From the NCBI GenBank assembly GCA_037447435.1, contig JBBIGR010000008.1, forward strand, positions 32,001 to 96,000: a DNA stretch of 64,000 bases, given 5' to 3'. Below, one piece after another: positions 48,767-59,154 of this stretch; position 1 is the stretch's first letter; every line of letters begins with the position of its first letter. The translations under genes were made by a program, and so were the position numbers. The DNA is from Fibrobacteria bacterium. Its GTDB lineage: Bacteria; Fibrobacterota; Chitinivibrionia; Chitinivibrionales; FEN-1185. The notes below the pieces were generated by a model. That model did not search any database. It was not told the DNA's origin and saw only the letters and a program-made list of their open reading frames with translations.

Positions 48767-49536
48767 GTTCTTTTAGAATTGGAAAATATTTACCCTATTT
48801 CGTGTCGAAACGTTTGTTTGGGGATAGAACAAAATTCGGGCTTACTATAATACCTGAAGATTCAGATTGGCAAGAATGGGAAAAACGATTTCTTGAATTT
48901 TATTATGTAAATCAAAAAGCCTCGGTTGGAAAGATAGTAAATGATGCGGGATATAAAGTTCTTAATTCTGTTTCTATGGACACAAAAAAAATCTTGGAGA
49001 TTGGTCCCGGAGACATTCCTCATTTTAGGTTCTGGAATGGAAAACCTGCAGAGTATGTCATGGCTGATGTAAGTCAAGAAATGCTTGCTAAAGCAGAAAA
49101 CACATTGCGCGATAATGATATTCCTTATGAAAAGATTCATTTGATTCGGAAAGACGCAAATAAATTGCCGTTTCCCGATAAATCCTTTGATATCATTCTG
49201 TCTTTTTATTCCTTGGAACATATGGCCGATTTACAGACTTATATAGATGAATTGATCAGAGTGCTAGTACCAGGCGGCGTTCTGGTGGGTGCAATACCTT
49301 GTGAAGGAGGATTAGGATGGGGTTTGGGGCGTTTTATTACAAGTAGAAGGTGGCTTCTAAAAAACACTACAATAAATCCAGATAAAATAATCTGCTGGGA
49401 GCATCCAGGATTTGCAGACCGGATTTTGAATGCACTACGAATAAAGATGAAGGAAAAATATCTGTCTTTTTGGCCCTTGGGAATTTCATCAGTTGATCTA
49501 AACTTAGTTGTTAAATTCATTTATGAACGAGAATAA
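48763..49536 (+). CDS. Class I SAM-dependent methyltransferase
   Basis: ILEIGPG; ADVSQEML; LPFPDKSFD; SLEH; RVLVPGG. Confidence 0.88.
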   Translation: MSSFRIGKYLPYFVSKRLFGDRTKFGLTIIPEDSDWQEWEKRFLEFYYVNQKASVGKIVNDAGYKVLNSVSMDTKKILEIGPGDIPHFRFWNGKPAEYVMADVSQEMLAKAENTLRDNDIPYEKIHLIRKDANKLPFPDKSFDIILSFYSLEHMADLQTYIDELIRVLVPGGVLVGAIPCEGGLGWGLGRFITSRRWLLKNTTINPDKIICWEHPGFADRILNALRIKMKEKYLSFWPLGISSVDLNLVVKFIYERE

Positions 49537-51088
49537 TTCTTACCTAAAGCAGATTTATAATTCATTGCCGCGTCTTCTGGCATTATTCGACAATGATGAG
49601 AATAGCCTTACTTATGGTTTGGCTGACCGATATTTTTGGGCTTGGAAATTAATTGACTTTGGCAATGGTACATTTCAAGGAGCTGCGAATGGGTTGGCTA
49701 GGCTTTTAAAAGAAAGCTTATTGCCAGAACCAATAGCACGACGATCTGTTTTAAAACGTATCGACAGCATTTTTTCAGGTACGGATTTTTTACGGAGACG
49801 GAACGGCAGTATGGAGGAAGCCTGGCCATTTGAATCGTCTTATTGTGTTACAGCTCTTGTGGCGTACGATTTGCTTACGGCAGTAGAATTACTTGGCGAG
49901 GAAATAGACGCGTTAGTAAAGAAAAGATATCTTGCTGTCATTTCCCCTATGATCCATTTCCTTGAAAAAGGAGAAGAAACACATGCTTTTATTTCTAATC
50001 ATCTTGCTACCGCATGCGCAGCTTTGTTTAAATGGACGTTAATAACCAGCGAAGAATCGAAAAAAGCCAATAAAATATTGAGTTCGATCATCCGAAATCA
50101 ATCTATCGAAGGTTGGTTTTTAGAATATGAAGGCGCGGACCTGGGATACCAAACTTTATGTATGCATTATTTGGCTGATGTTCACAGGATGCGGCCCGAT
50201 CTTAATTTAACACATTCACTTGCCAAATCGATTGAGTTCTTAGCTCATTTTGCATTTCCGGATGGGTCTTTCGGTGGCAATTTCGGGAGTAGAAATACAA
50301 GGTTTTATTACCCCTCTGGTATTGAATATTTAAAAAAGGAAATTCCGGCAGCAAGCGCACTAGCACGATTTATGAGTAAGTCAATTGGGCGTAACAACAC
50401 TGTAACTTTGGCTGCTATGGATGAGCCGAATTTGATTCCAATGTTTAATTCTTATTGTTGGGCTGCTTCAATTGCCGCCAAAGAAAATGGCTCGTTGGAA
50501 AGTGACGAGCAAATTCCTCAGATTAATCATCAAAAAACCTATAGATATACTTTCAAAGAAGCTGGGCTTGTTGTCGATAAAGCTGTTAACAGATATACTG
50601 TGATATCTTGGAATAAGGGTGGTGTCATTTATAATTACGATTTTGAAAAGAAGGCCATGGAAATAGATTGCGGATTGATACTGAAGTCAAAATCGGGAAA
50701 ACTTTTCAGTACGCAAGCATATAATATAAAGAACAAGTTTGAAATTACTGAAAACGAAATGGTTGTTCAGGCAATATTTAATGAGATGCACAAACAACTA
50801 CCAACACCTTTGCAGTTTATTGTTTTAAGACTTATGGCGCTTACAATAATGAAGAATGCCCGACTTGGAAATTTTATAAAGAATATCCTTGTGAGAATCC
50901 TAATTACCAATAAAAAATCATGTAAAGTCTCAAATACGAGAAGAATTGAAATGGGATCAAAATTAGCCATCGTTGATTCTCAAAAAGGAGAAGTAAACAA
51001 GTTTTCTTTAATTAAGCCGGAGAGTCCTTTCAGTGCGATTCATATGGCAAGCCAAGGATATTGGCAGATTCAGGACGACAAGAAATGA
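49523..51088 (+). CDS. Hypothetical protein, possible alpha/alpha-toroid enzyme
   Basis: About 520 aa, translationally coupled on both sides; repeated NGSMEE, QSIEGWFLEY, PDGSFGG turns; start ATG 49523. Confidence 0.7.
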   Translation: MNENNSYLKQIYNSLPRLLALFDNDENSLTYGLADRYFWAWKLIDFGNGTFQGAANGLARLLKESLLPEPIARRSVLKRIDSIFSGTDFLRRRNGSMEEAWPFESSYCVTALVAYDLLTAVELLGEEIDALVKKRYLAVISPMIHFLEKGEETHAFISNHLATACAALFKWTLITSEESKKANKILSSIIRNQSIEGWFLEYEGADLGYQTLCMHYLADVHRMRPDLNLTHSLAKSIEFLAHFAFPDGSFGGNFGSRNTRFYYPSGIEYLKKEIPAASALARFMSKSIGRNNTVTLAAMDEPNLIPMFNSYCWAASIAAKENGSLESDEQIPQINHQKTYRYTFKEAGLVVDKAVNRYTVISWNKGGVIYNYDFEKKAMEIDCGLILKSKSGKLFSTQAYNIKNKFEITENEMVVQAIFNEMHKQLPTPLQFIVLRLMALTIMKNARLGNFIKNILVRILITNKKSCKVSNTRRIEMGSKLAIVDSQKGEVNKFSLIKPESPFSAIHMASQGYWQIQDDKK

Positions 51089-52260
51089 TCCCGCGATTCA
51101 AGCCGTTCCTAGATTGGAGAGAGATTTTTGCTGCAGTTTCGATTCCTCGAAAGGACGACATTGATCGTTTTGAAAAGGCTTTTGCTAAATTAATGGGGCA
51201 AAAGCATGCGATTGCTTTTCCTTATGGAAGAACAGGTCTGATTCTTTTGCTCGAAGCAATGGAATTAAAAGGAAAAGAAATAATTTGTCCAGCTTATACA
51301 TGTGTTGTAGTAGCTCACGCAATTGTCTATAGCGGTAACATTCCAGTATTTGTAGATAGCCAGGAATCAGATTTCAATATGAATCTCGACCTGGTTCCAC
51401 CACTTATTAATGATAATACGGGCGCTATTATTGCAACGTCCCTTTTCGGCTATCCGGTGGATCTAGATAAGCTTGATGCCATACGAAAATCTTTTCCACA
51501 CGTGCAAATAATCCAGGATTGTGCTCATAGTTTTGCTGCGGAATGGAATGGTCGTCCTGTGCAGCAGGAAGGTGACGCTGCAATATTCGGAATGAATATC
51601 AGCAAGCTCATTACATCGATTTTTGGCGGAATGGTAACTACCGACAAGGACTGGCTTGCAACTCGGCTTAGGCAGCTCAGAACACAGCGTCTTAAGAAAC
51701 CAACGTTCATCAAGAGCTTGAGAAGATTTATATATCTAATTCTTGTTTATATTGCATTCTGGGAGCCGATATATGGGTTAATAAACCGTCTTGAAAGAAT
51801 CAAAGTACTCGATAGATTTTCAAAATACTATGATGAGTCAAAGATTGATATGCCTAAAGATTACTTGGTAAGTATGACAAATGTAGAATCAAGAGTCGGA
51901 ACCACTCAAATCAAGAAGTATACTACTATTATTAATAAGCATAGAATTGCAGCAGCATATTTTGATGAAAAGCTTCTTAGAAACGAGGAAATCAAGAGGC
52001 CGATTATTGTTGAGGGAGCAACATATTCACATTACGTAGTGCGGTGCCGAACACAGTCTCAATCGCTATACCAAGCTTTATGTAATGGTGTTCAGTTGGG
52101 TCAGCTCATCGAATATGTCGTCCCGGAAATGAAAGCATATTCCTGTCGAATTAAAAGAGGGCAATGTTTTCCAATCGCGCATTCATTTCCGAAGACTACA
52201 ATTAATTTACCTGTTTGGACTGAAAAAGAAAAAAAAATAAATCGCATAATAAATTTTTAA
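51085..52260 (+). CDS. DegT/DnrJ/EryC1/StrS PLP-dependent sugar aminotransferase
   Basis: FEKAFA; GRTGL; CPAYTCVVV; IIQDCAHS; NISKLITSIFGG (PLP Lys); start ATG 51085 (ATGA overlap). Confidence 0.88.
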   Translation: MIPRFKPFLDWREIFAAVSIPRKDDIDRFEKAFAKLMGQKHAIAFPYGRTGLILLLEAMELKGKEIICPAYTCVVVAHAIVYSGNIPVFVDSQESDFNMNLDLVPPLINDNTGAIIATSLFGYPVDLDKLDAIRKSFPHVQIIQDCAHSFAAEWNGRPVQQEGDAAIFGMNISKLITSIFGGMVTTDKDWLATRLRQLRTQRLKKPTFIKSLRRFIYLILVYIAFWEPIYGLINRLERIKVLDRFSKYYDESKIDMPKDYLVSMTNVESRVGTTQIKKYTTIINKHRIAAAYFDEKLLRNEEIKRPIIVEGATYSHYVVRCRTQSQSLYQALCNGVQLGQLIEYVVPEMKAYSCRIKRGQCFPIAHSFPKTTINLPVWTEKEKKINRIINF

Positions 52261-52284
52261 TTCGAAATCATTGGGAAATAAATT

Positions 52285-53061
52285 ATGGATGAAAAAAATT
52301 TTAATACTGAACAAACTGCTTCGGATTCCGATGTCATTCACTTTTATGACAAATATGCAGGAAATTGGGACCAAAGGTTTGGTGCTACTCTTTCAACCGA
52401 TCATTTCCTACAGAAACGCTGGAAATCGTTTGAACAAATGCTCCCATTAGAAGCAAAGAGAACTAAAGGGCTAGAGTTGGGAGTTGGTACCGGAGTTTAT
52501 ATAGATAAGGCAAGTAAGCTTTTTAAATGCATTTTGGCTATAGATGGCAGTGAATTCATGTTAACTGAATTAAAAAAGAAGCTAATGGCACAAAAAATCT
52601 TAAATGTGGAAGTGCATCAAGCCAACGTTCTTTATATGCCTTTTATCCCGGATGATTCAATAGATGTGGTTTATTTTTTTGGCCTTATTGAACACATAAT
52701 TGATATCGAGGTCTTTGTTTCAGAAATAAGAAGAGTTTTAAGGAATAATGGTAAGGTAATTGGAATTACACCAAATGGCGCGAGCCCGTGGTATAAGCTA
52801 CGCAAAATCTATAGAGGAACCGGAAAACACTGTTCTACAGACAAATACTATACAAAAAAAGAAATCAAAGAACTTTTTAATCTTGGCGGCTTCGAAAACA
52901 CCCATTTTTCATTTTGGGGTGGTGTTCCGGCCGGTGTAAGCAATGTCCTTTTATTTAAAATGCTCATTATAATAGAAGGCCTTTTTGAAAGAGTTCCCTT
53001 CCTTTCCAGCTTCCTAGGCGGAATTACTTTTTCTGCGGAGAAAAAAAACTCAGTTTCTTAA
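52285..53061 (+). CDS. Class I SAM-dependent methyltransferase
   Basis: LELGVGTG; IDGSEFML; MPFIPDDSID; LIEHI; RRVLRNNG. Confidence 0.9.
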   Translation: MDEKNFNTEQTASDSDVIHFYDKYAGNWDQRFGATLSTDHFLQKRWKSFEQMLPLEAKRTKGLELGVGTGVYIDKASKLFKCILAIDGSEFMLTELKKKLMAQKILNVEVHQANVLYMPFIPDDSIDVVYFFGLIEHIIDIEVFVSEIRRVLRNNGKVIGITPNGASPWYKLRKIYRGTGKHCSTDKYYTKKEIKELFNLGGFENTHFSFWGGVPAGVSNVLLFKMLIIIEGLFERVPFLSSFLGGITFSAEKKNSVS

Positions 53062-53073
53062 AATCAATTAATA

Positions 53074-54948
53074 GTGACTCTTAAAAATGAAAAATTAAGA
53101 ATTACCCTAAAAATAATGATAAAAAATAATAAATATGTTTCTGCTATTATCCGTCGTATTTACGGTCCAATACTAATGATGTTTGCATTTAGGACATTGT
53201 TTCGGATTTGGAATGCAATGAAACCCGAAGGATGCGGGATACCGGACAAGCATTTTTTTGCATTTAGCAGTGTTGACGCAGGTTTTTGGGTTTGGTATCG
53301 CAAAATCAGCATGGATTACAGTAGGTTTGGAAGATTTGGCTATTGCTGGGATGATGGCTTGGGAATGCCCCTTGGGGTGCGAGCATACAACAACTATGTA
53401 ACATATTTTTTTCTAAACTTATTGCATCAAAGACGATATCTTGCCATAGGCTTTATTTCTTTTGCTGGGGTTTTAGGTTGCATATCTTCAATTGAATATG
53501 GACCACTTTTTGCAGTTTTGTTCACCTTGACCTTAATCGCTTCCCCTTTTGTTGTTTCCGTATTTATGCACTATGGGAAACCGGAAGTGTTTTGGTACGG
53601 GGCCGCAATGCTTTGTCTCTATTATACTTTTTCGGGACATTTTGTTGTTGCAGGGATTATTTGGTCAATGATTGCCTTTGTCAATTTAGGCTGTTCCATA
53701 ATGATTGTTATGTTTTTCGGCCCCATTGCCATTGTAAATGCCATCGCCCACAATTCGGTTCTCGGGTTATTTCTTTCTTGTTTGCCGGGGCTTTTAAAAC
53801 ATGGTTTTCGAATTGCCATGATGTTGAAGAATGGTTTTTTAAATAATCTTGTCTCCGAACAATCCCGTCTTTGGAAACGCCCATGGTATCCCACGGCCAT
53901 CGATTTAGCCTGGTGGATACCTTATCTCTTTTCGATAATTGCAACTACTTTTCAGGGAAAATTACCTTTTGAAAATCTTTTTTTGCTAGGCCTTTGGCCA
54001 ATTTTTGTTTATTGGTCGAATAATCGAATTCTATATTTCAATGACCAACAAAATGTCAATATGACTTTGTTGATCGCTGCAATAGCAATAGCTGGTGCCC
54101 ATTTTTCACCGATAGGAATAATTTTCATTCTTGTATTTGCATATAACCATCCTGGGCTCTGTGGAATTCCCTTGACGCAAAAGATATTAAAAAAGGTTCA
54201 TGTAAAGCTATCTGATCCTAATATTCTCCTGCGAGTTTCAAATTTCCCATCTCTAGATCCGATGACGTTTCCGATGCCTGAGGAATTAAAATGTTTGTTT
54301 TTAAGAATGACAGCTAATTCGCGAATTATTGCAGAAAGTGACGGTGATCCTAGAACCATATCAAAATTCAGGGGGTTTTGGCTATGGGTGGATGGTTTTT
54401 TGCCTGAGAGGAATATTGACTTGGTCAATGATCTCTATTTTCGATTAAATGAACCAGACCTCTTTAATCGATACCTTATCCCTTTTTCATCAGATCATAT
54501 GTCAGGCGATAAAATGCTTGATATATGCAAATCTCTTGGTGCAGGTTATGTGGTAGCACACTCGGATAGGACAGTACAATCTTTGATTGAAAATGGGTTT
54601 TTGATATGCGCCGTAGCCGATATTGCGCCACTCGAAGATTTTCGTAGGCTGGTATCTGCGCCACCTGTAATTTTGACACTTTTGAAAAATCCAGATCGAG
54701 CTGGCGTCATTGACCCAGATGTACAGTGGAATTACAATAAAAAAGGTGCCATGAGATGGAATGCTACAAGAACCGGAGAATACAAAATTCGCATTCGATA
54801 CCACAAGTATATGAAAGCCACCAATAACGGAATGCCGATACGCGTTAAGCCTTATCAGCCTTTTCAAAATGTGCCGACGCAATTTATGAAAATTACAATT
54901 GAAAATCCTGGCCAAGTTGACCTTTTTTATTGTCAAAAAATAATTTAA
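53074..54948 (+). CDS. Polytopic membrane protein with YfhO-like C-terminus (putative GT-C transferase)
   Basis: Multiple TMs; WDDGLGMPL in an early loop; LGAGYVV; C-terminal IRIRYHKYMKATNNGMPIRV...FMKITIENPGQVDLFY resembling the YfhO tail; start uncertain. Confidence 0.55.
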   Translation: MTLKNEKLRITLKIMIKNNKYVSAIIRRIYGPILMMFAFRTLFRIWNAMKPEGCGIPDKHFFAFSSVDAGFWVWYRKISMDYSRFGRFGYCWDDGLGMPLGVRAYNNYVTYFFLNLLHQRRYLAIGFISFAGVLGCISSIEYGPLFAVLFTLTLIASPFVVSVFMHYGKPEVFWYGAAMLCLYYTFSGHFVVAGIIWSMIAFVNLGCSIMIVMFFGPIAIVNAIAHNSVLGLFLSCLPGLLKHGFRIAMMLKNGFLNNLVSEQSRLWKRPWYPTAIDLAWWIPYLFSIIATTFQGKLPFENLFLLGLWPIFVYWSNNRILYFNDQQNVNMTLLIAAIAIAGAHFSPIGIIFILVFAYNHPGLCGIPLTQKILKKVHVKLSDPNILLRVSNFPSLDPMTFPMPEELKCLFLRMTANSRIIAESDGDPRTISKFRGFWLWVDGFLPERNIDLVNDLYFRLNEPDLFNRYLIPFSSDHMSGDKMLDICKSLGAGYVVAHSDRTVQSLIENGFLICAVADIAPLEDFRRLVSAPPVILTLLKNPDRAGVIDPDVQWNYNKKGAMRWNATRTGEYKIRIRYHKYMKATNNGMPIRVKPYQPFQNVPTQFMKITIENPGQVDLFYCQKII

Positions 54949-54968
54949 TTAAATCGACTTTAAATAAA

Positions 54969-56441
54969 ATGAACGTTTTCGCACGACTTGGAAAAGAATC
55001 TCTTATTTACGGGGCAGGAGGAGTAATAGGAAGATTCATTGGATTCTTTCTTTTGCCAATATATACGAGAGTGTTTGCTCCATCCACTTACGGCGTTATG
55101 GATGTAATTTCTACAACGACTGCATTATTTGCCATGATTTTAACTTCCGGCATTGCAGATACAGCTCTTAGTTTTTATTTTTTTGAACGGTCTGACCATG
55201 ACGATCGACGAAGAACTGTTGTATCGCTCATGGTGTATATCATAACAGTAACCGGAACCATAGCCGTTTTTGTGTGGTATTTTGCTTCCCCTTTATGCAT
55301 GCTCCTTTTTGGAAACAGTCAAAGTGCTCCTTTTTTAAAAATTGCAATAGCAGCTGTTCCCTTTACTTGCATTAATTCCATGCATGCCAATCTTTTAAGG
55401 CTGCAACGTCGCCCTTTGGTTTATACATCATTTTCACTAAGTCAAGTATTAGCGACCGCTAGTCTGACTATTTGGCTTGTCATTGGTGTTAAAATGGGAG
55501 TTAAAGGTGTCTTTACCGCGAACGTCATCATCGCGATTATGTTTTTCATAGTAGGCGCTATTGTCAATAGAAGATTTCTTGGAAACGTTCTTGATTTAAA
55601 AAGACTACGAGAGCTTATTCAATACGGATTGCCTTTATTAATTGGGGGACTAACGAGTTGGATGATCTGCTATTTGGATAGATATTTTCTGATTCGCATG
55701 ACATCTTTAGAAAAAATCGGTCTATATTCAGTGGGGCTTAGAATAGCATCTGCAATGACATTTGTGACTATGTCTTTCAGGTTGGCAAATGCGCCTTTTC
55801 AATTTGAAATATCTAAAACCGAATCTGCTAAAGATGCCTATTCAAAAACATTTATATATTTCTGTCTTGGCACAGCATGGTGCATGGTAGCAATATCACT
55901 TGCCGCTCGTCCAACTCTGTCAATAATGACTCCTCCAGCATATGCAAAAGCTTTTTTTGTGGTCCCAATTGCGGCCTTTACTGCGGTTGTCGATGGAATT
56001 ACTCAGATTGTGGCTGTCGGATTGCTTTTAAAACGAAAAACAAATGTTGCGGGAATCGCCATGATTATAGGTGCCGTAATGCATATCGCCTTTCTGTGGA
56101 TCCTAATTCCTTTTTTTAATATTGTTGGCGCCGCGTTGGCGATTCTATTGTCCAATATTATTATGGCTAGTATTTACTATTTTGCAAGTCAAAGAGTGTA
56201 TCGAATCTCATTTGCCTTAAAAAGAATGATTGTAACATATTTTTCATCAGGCATTTTTATTGTTGTTGGAATTATGCTTCAACGTGGAAATGTTGTGCTT
56301 GACATTGGTGTTGCTGTGATAGGAATGATAATCTGGCCTTTGTTTGTAATATTTACCGGGATTGTTCGTCGTGAGGAAAAGACTGCTATTTTTAATAGCC
56401 TCAGACGATTGTCTTTTGGAATAGCCGGAAAACTTCGTTAA
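54969..56441 (+). CDS. wzx: Wzx oligosaccharide flippase (MOP family)
   Basis: LGKESLIYGAG..IGRFIGFFLLPIYTR...YG; YGLPL; DRYFL; IGLYS; IVGAALA; start ATG 54969. Confidence 0.9.
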   Translation: MNVFARLGKESLIYGAGGVIGRFIGFFLLPIYTRVFAPSTYGVMDVISTTTALFAMILTSGIADTALSFYFFERSDHDDRRRTVVSLMVYIITVTGTIAVFVWYFASPLCMLLFGNSQSAPFLKIAIAAVPFTCINSMHANLLRLQRRPLVYTSFSLSQVLATASLTIWLVIGVKMGVKGVFTANVIIAIMFFIVGAIVNRRFLGNVLDLKRLRELIQYGLPLLIGGLTSWMICYLDRYFLIRMTSLEKIGLYSVGLRIASAMTFVTMSFRLANAPFQFEISKTESAKDAYSKTFIYFCLGTAWCMVAISLAARPTLSIMTPPAYAKAFFVVPIAAFTAVVDGITQIVAVGLLLKRKTNVAGIAMIIGAVMHIAFLWILIPFFNIVGAALAILLSNIIMASIYYFASQRVYRISFALKRMIVTYFSSGIFIVVGIMLQRGNVVLDIGVAVIGMIIWPLFVIFTGIVRREEKTAIFNSLRRLSFGIAGKLR

Positions 56442-56499
56442 TTATGGACTATTGTAAATTAAATTACAAAATTATAACTTATTTAAGGCAAAGAAATAA

Positions 56500-57111
56500 A
56501 TGGTAATTGTAGATTATGGAATGGGAAATCTAGGCTCGATTTTTAATATGCTTAAAAAAATTGGTGTGCCAGCGGAGATTTCATCGAATAAAAAAGTGAT
56601 AGCAGAAGCAAAAAAACTTATTTTGCCGGGTGTTGGATCGTTTGATAATGCAATAAAAAATTTAACGTCTCTCGACTTGATGAACATTCTCAATAAAAAA
56701 GTGTTGGAAGACAAAACGCCGATTCTTGGAATATGCCTGGGTATACAATTGTTTACAAAAAGAAGTGACGAAGGAGTATTGCAAGGATTGGGGTGGATTG
56801 ATGCAGAAACGGTATCTTTTTTAAAATATATCGACATCAAGGCTATGAAAGTTCCCCATATGGGGTGGAATTCAATAAAGGTCCAAAGAAAGAATCCTCT
56901 TATGGACCAAATTGATGGGGACTTGCGATACTACTTTGTTCATTCCTATTTTGTCAAGTGCAATGATCATAATGATAGTATTGCTCTGACCAACTATGGA
57001 ATTGAATTCACCTCAAGCATACAGAAGGAAAATATTTTCGGAGTGCAATTTCATCCCGAAAAAAGTCACCGTTTTGGAATGCAACTATTAGCCAATTTTG
57101 CCGGAATTTGA
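56500..57111 (+). CDS. hisH: HisH-like glutamine amidotransferase (LPS-associated HisH2)
   Basis: VDYGMGNLGS; LPGVGSF; GICLG; VPHMGWN; YFVHSY; QFHPEKS. Confidence 0.92.
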   Translation: MVIVDYGMGNLGSIFNMLKKIGVPAEISSNKKVIAEAKKLILPGVGSFDNAIKNLTSLDLMNILNKKVLEDKTPILGICLGIQLFTKRSDEGVLQGLGWIDAETVSFLKYIDIKAMKVPHMGWNSIKVQRKNPLMDQIDGDLRYYFVHSYFVKCNDHNDSIALTNYGIEFTSSIQKENIFGVQFHPEKSHRFGMQLLANFAGI

Positions 57112-57115
57112 TCCT

Positions 57116-57895
57116 ATGCTTAAAACAAGGGTTATTCCTTGTCTCCTTCTTCGGAACAAGGGATTAGTAAAAACAATTAACTTTCGTAAAGCTAAATATA
57201 TTGGCGACCCAATTAATGCAGTCAAGATATTCAATGACAAGGGTGTTGATGAATTGATTTTTCTGGATATAGATGCAACAAAGTGCCATCAAAAACCGGA
57301 TTTTGCTTTAATTGCCAATATTGCTCAAGAATGTTTTATGCCTTTTGCTTATGGTGGTGGTATTTCAACCTGTGACGACGCCAAAAAGCTGATTAACCTA
57401 GGATGCGAAAAAATTATTATAAATACTGCCGCTTATGAAAAGCCAACATTGATAGAAGAAATGGCAAAAATACTCGGGAGTCAAAGTGTTGTGGTTTCAA
57501 TTGATGTAAAAAAATCGGTGATAGGCGGGTATCGATGTTTTACAAATGGTGGTACGAAAAAAACAAAACTTGATCCGTGTTCGTTAGCAAAAATGGCCCA
57601 AAATTATGGTGCTGGTGAAATATTCCTTACTTCAATCGAACGTGAAGGAACATGGAAAGGCTTTGATCTATCGCTAATAAAAATGGTTGCCGATTCAATT
57701 TCGATTCCTCTCATTGCTTGTGGTGGAGCAAAAACAATAAGTGATCTTGGAAAATCAGTATTGGAGGGCGGGGCCTCAGCCGTTGCGGCAGGGAGCATGT
57801 TTGTTTATCATGGTCCTCATCATGCAGTTCTTATCAATTTTCCTACGGAAAAGGAATTGCAAGAAGTTTTACCATTGTCAATAATTAAAAAATAA
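57116..57895 (+). CDS. hisF: HisF2/AglZ-like cyclase subunit (acetamidino-sugar modification)
   Basis: RVIPCLLL; YIGDPINAVKIFN; DELIFLDI; YGGGI; GAGEI; AAGSMFVY; flanked by hisH2 and wbpG. Confidence 0.9.
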   Translation: MLKTRVIPCLLLRNKGLVKTINFRKAKYIGDPINAVKIFNDKGVDELIFLDIDATKCHQKPDFALIANIAQECFMPFAYGGGISTCDDAKKLINLGCEKIIINTAAYEKPTLIEEMAKILGSQSVVVSIDVKKSVIGGYRCFTNGGTKKTKLDPCSLAKMAQNYGAGEIFLTSIEREGTWKGFDLSLIKMVADSISIPLIACGGAKTISDLGKSVLEGGASAVAAGSMFVYHGPHHAVLINFPTEKELQEVLPLSIIKK

Positions 57896-57924
57896 CGCAC
57901 TTTTATTATCAGGGAACATCTTTT

Positions 57925-59094
57925 ATGGCTAAAAATTACAGAATTTGCACTAAATGTGTTATGGACACTTCTGATCCATTGATTGTTTTTGATAAGGAAG
58001 GACGTTGCAATCATTGCAAATTTTATGATAAAATGGCAAGTGAATCATTGTTTAGTAAGGATGAGCAAGAACAGAGATTAAAAAAAATCGTTGAAAGAAT
58101 TAGAATTGATGGAAAAGGAAAACGATACGATTGTATTGTCGGTGTAAGCGGTGGAATTGATAGCACGTATACAGCTTATTTGGCAAAGCAAATCGGGTTA
58201 AGGCCCCTAGCCGTTCATCTTGATAATGGGTGGAATTCAGAACTTGCGGTAAGTAATATTGAAAAAACATTAAAAACGCTTGATATTGATTTGTTTACTC
58301 GCGTGCTTGATTGGGAAGAATTTAAGGACTTGCAACTTTCTTTTCTTAAAGCTTCCACGCCGGATTCCGAAATACCTACGGATCATGCGATTGTTGCAAC
58401 GCTGTATCAGGTTGCAACTCGCGAACGGTTGAAATATTTAATTATGGGGACAAATGTTCAGAGTGAGGCTATCATGGCTCGCGCTTGGAGTCAGGGCTAT
58501 TTTGATTGGCGCTATATTAGAAAGATTCAACAACGTTTTGGAAGGAAAAAAATAAAGGATTTCCCGCATTTTAATCTTATGCAACTTGGTGTTTACAAAC
58601 ATTTCCATCGGATTCAGGAAATATCGTTGCTTCACTATTTCCCCTATGTAAAAGAAGATGCTAAAGCTTTTGTAAAGGATAAACTGGGTTGGGTCGATTA
58701 TGGGGGGAAACATTATGAGTCAATTTATACCAGATTTTATCAAGGCTATATTCTTCCAAACAAGTTCGGTTTTGATAAAAGGCGGGCACATTTGTCTACG
58801 CTCATATGTTCCGGTCAGGTTTCTCGAGAAATTGCTTTAAAAGAGCTTGAAAAAGACCCGTACGTTACCCAACAGATGAAGAATGATGATAAAGAATATG
58901 TTATTAAAAAACTTGGTCTTTCAAACAGCGAATTCGCGGAGATTATGAGTTCTCCACCGAAAACATTTTGGGAATATCCATCCTACTCGACAGCCTTCTT
59001 TTACAAGATATATTTCTTTCTGAGATACAATATTTATAATCGACTCAGAGGAAAATCAATTCTGAAGCTTTCTAAAGTGCGATTGGGAAAATAA
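57925..59094 (+). CDS. wbpG: N-acetyl sugar amidotransferase (WbpG family)
   Basis: CTKCVMDT; CNHC; YDCIVGVSGGIDS; HLDNGWNSELAVSNI; GGKHYES; GFDKRRAHLS. Confidence 0.9.
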   Translation: MAKNYRICTKCVMDTSDPLIVFDKEGRCNHCKFYDKMASESLFSKDEQEQRLKKIVERIRIDGKGKRYDCIVGVSGGIDSTYTAYLAKQIGLRPLAVHLDNGWNSELAVSNIEKTLKTLDIDLFTRVLDWEEFKDLQLSFLKASTPDSEIPTDHAIVATLYQVATRERLKYLIMGTNVQSEAIMARAWSQGYFDWRYIRKIQQRFGRKKIKDFPHFNLMQLGVYKHFHRIQEISLLHYFPYVKEDAKAFVKDKLGWVDYGGKHYESIYTRFYQGYILPNKFGFDKRRAHLSTLICSGQVSREIALKELEKDPYVTQQMKNDDKEYVIKKLGLSNSEFAEIMSSPPKTFWEYPSYSTAFFYKIYFFLRYNIYNRLRGKSILKLSKVRLGK

Positions 59095-59154
59095 AATCAG
59101 TTTTCTAGCCATATTCCCTCCGAACAAAGGTTCCCACAGAAAGATGGACGCTGT

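Noticed and set aside
56500..57895. hisH/hisF as histidine biosynthesis genes
   Set aside because: No other his genes; adjacency to wbpG and the GDPINAVKIFN signature indicate the glycan-modifying paralogs
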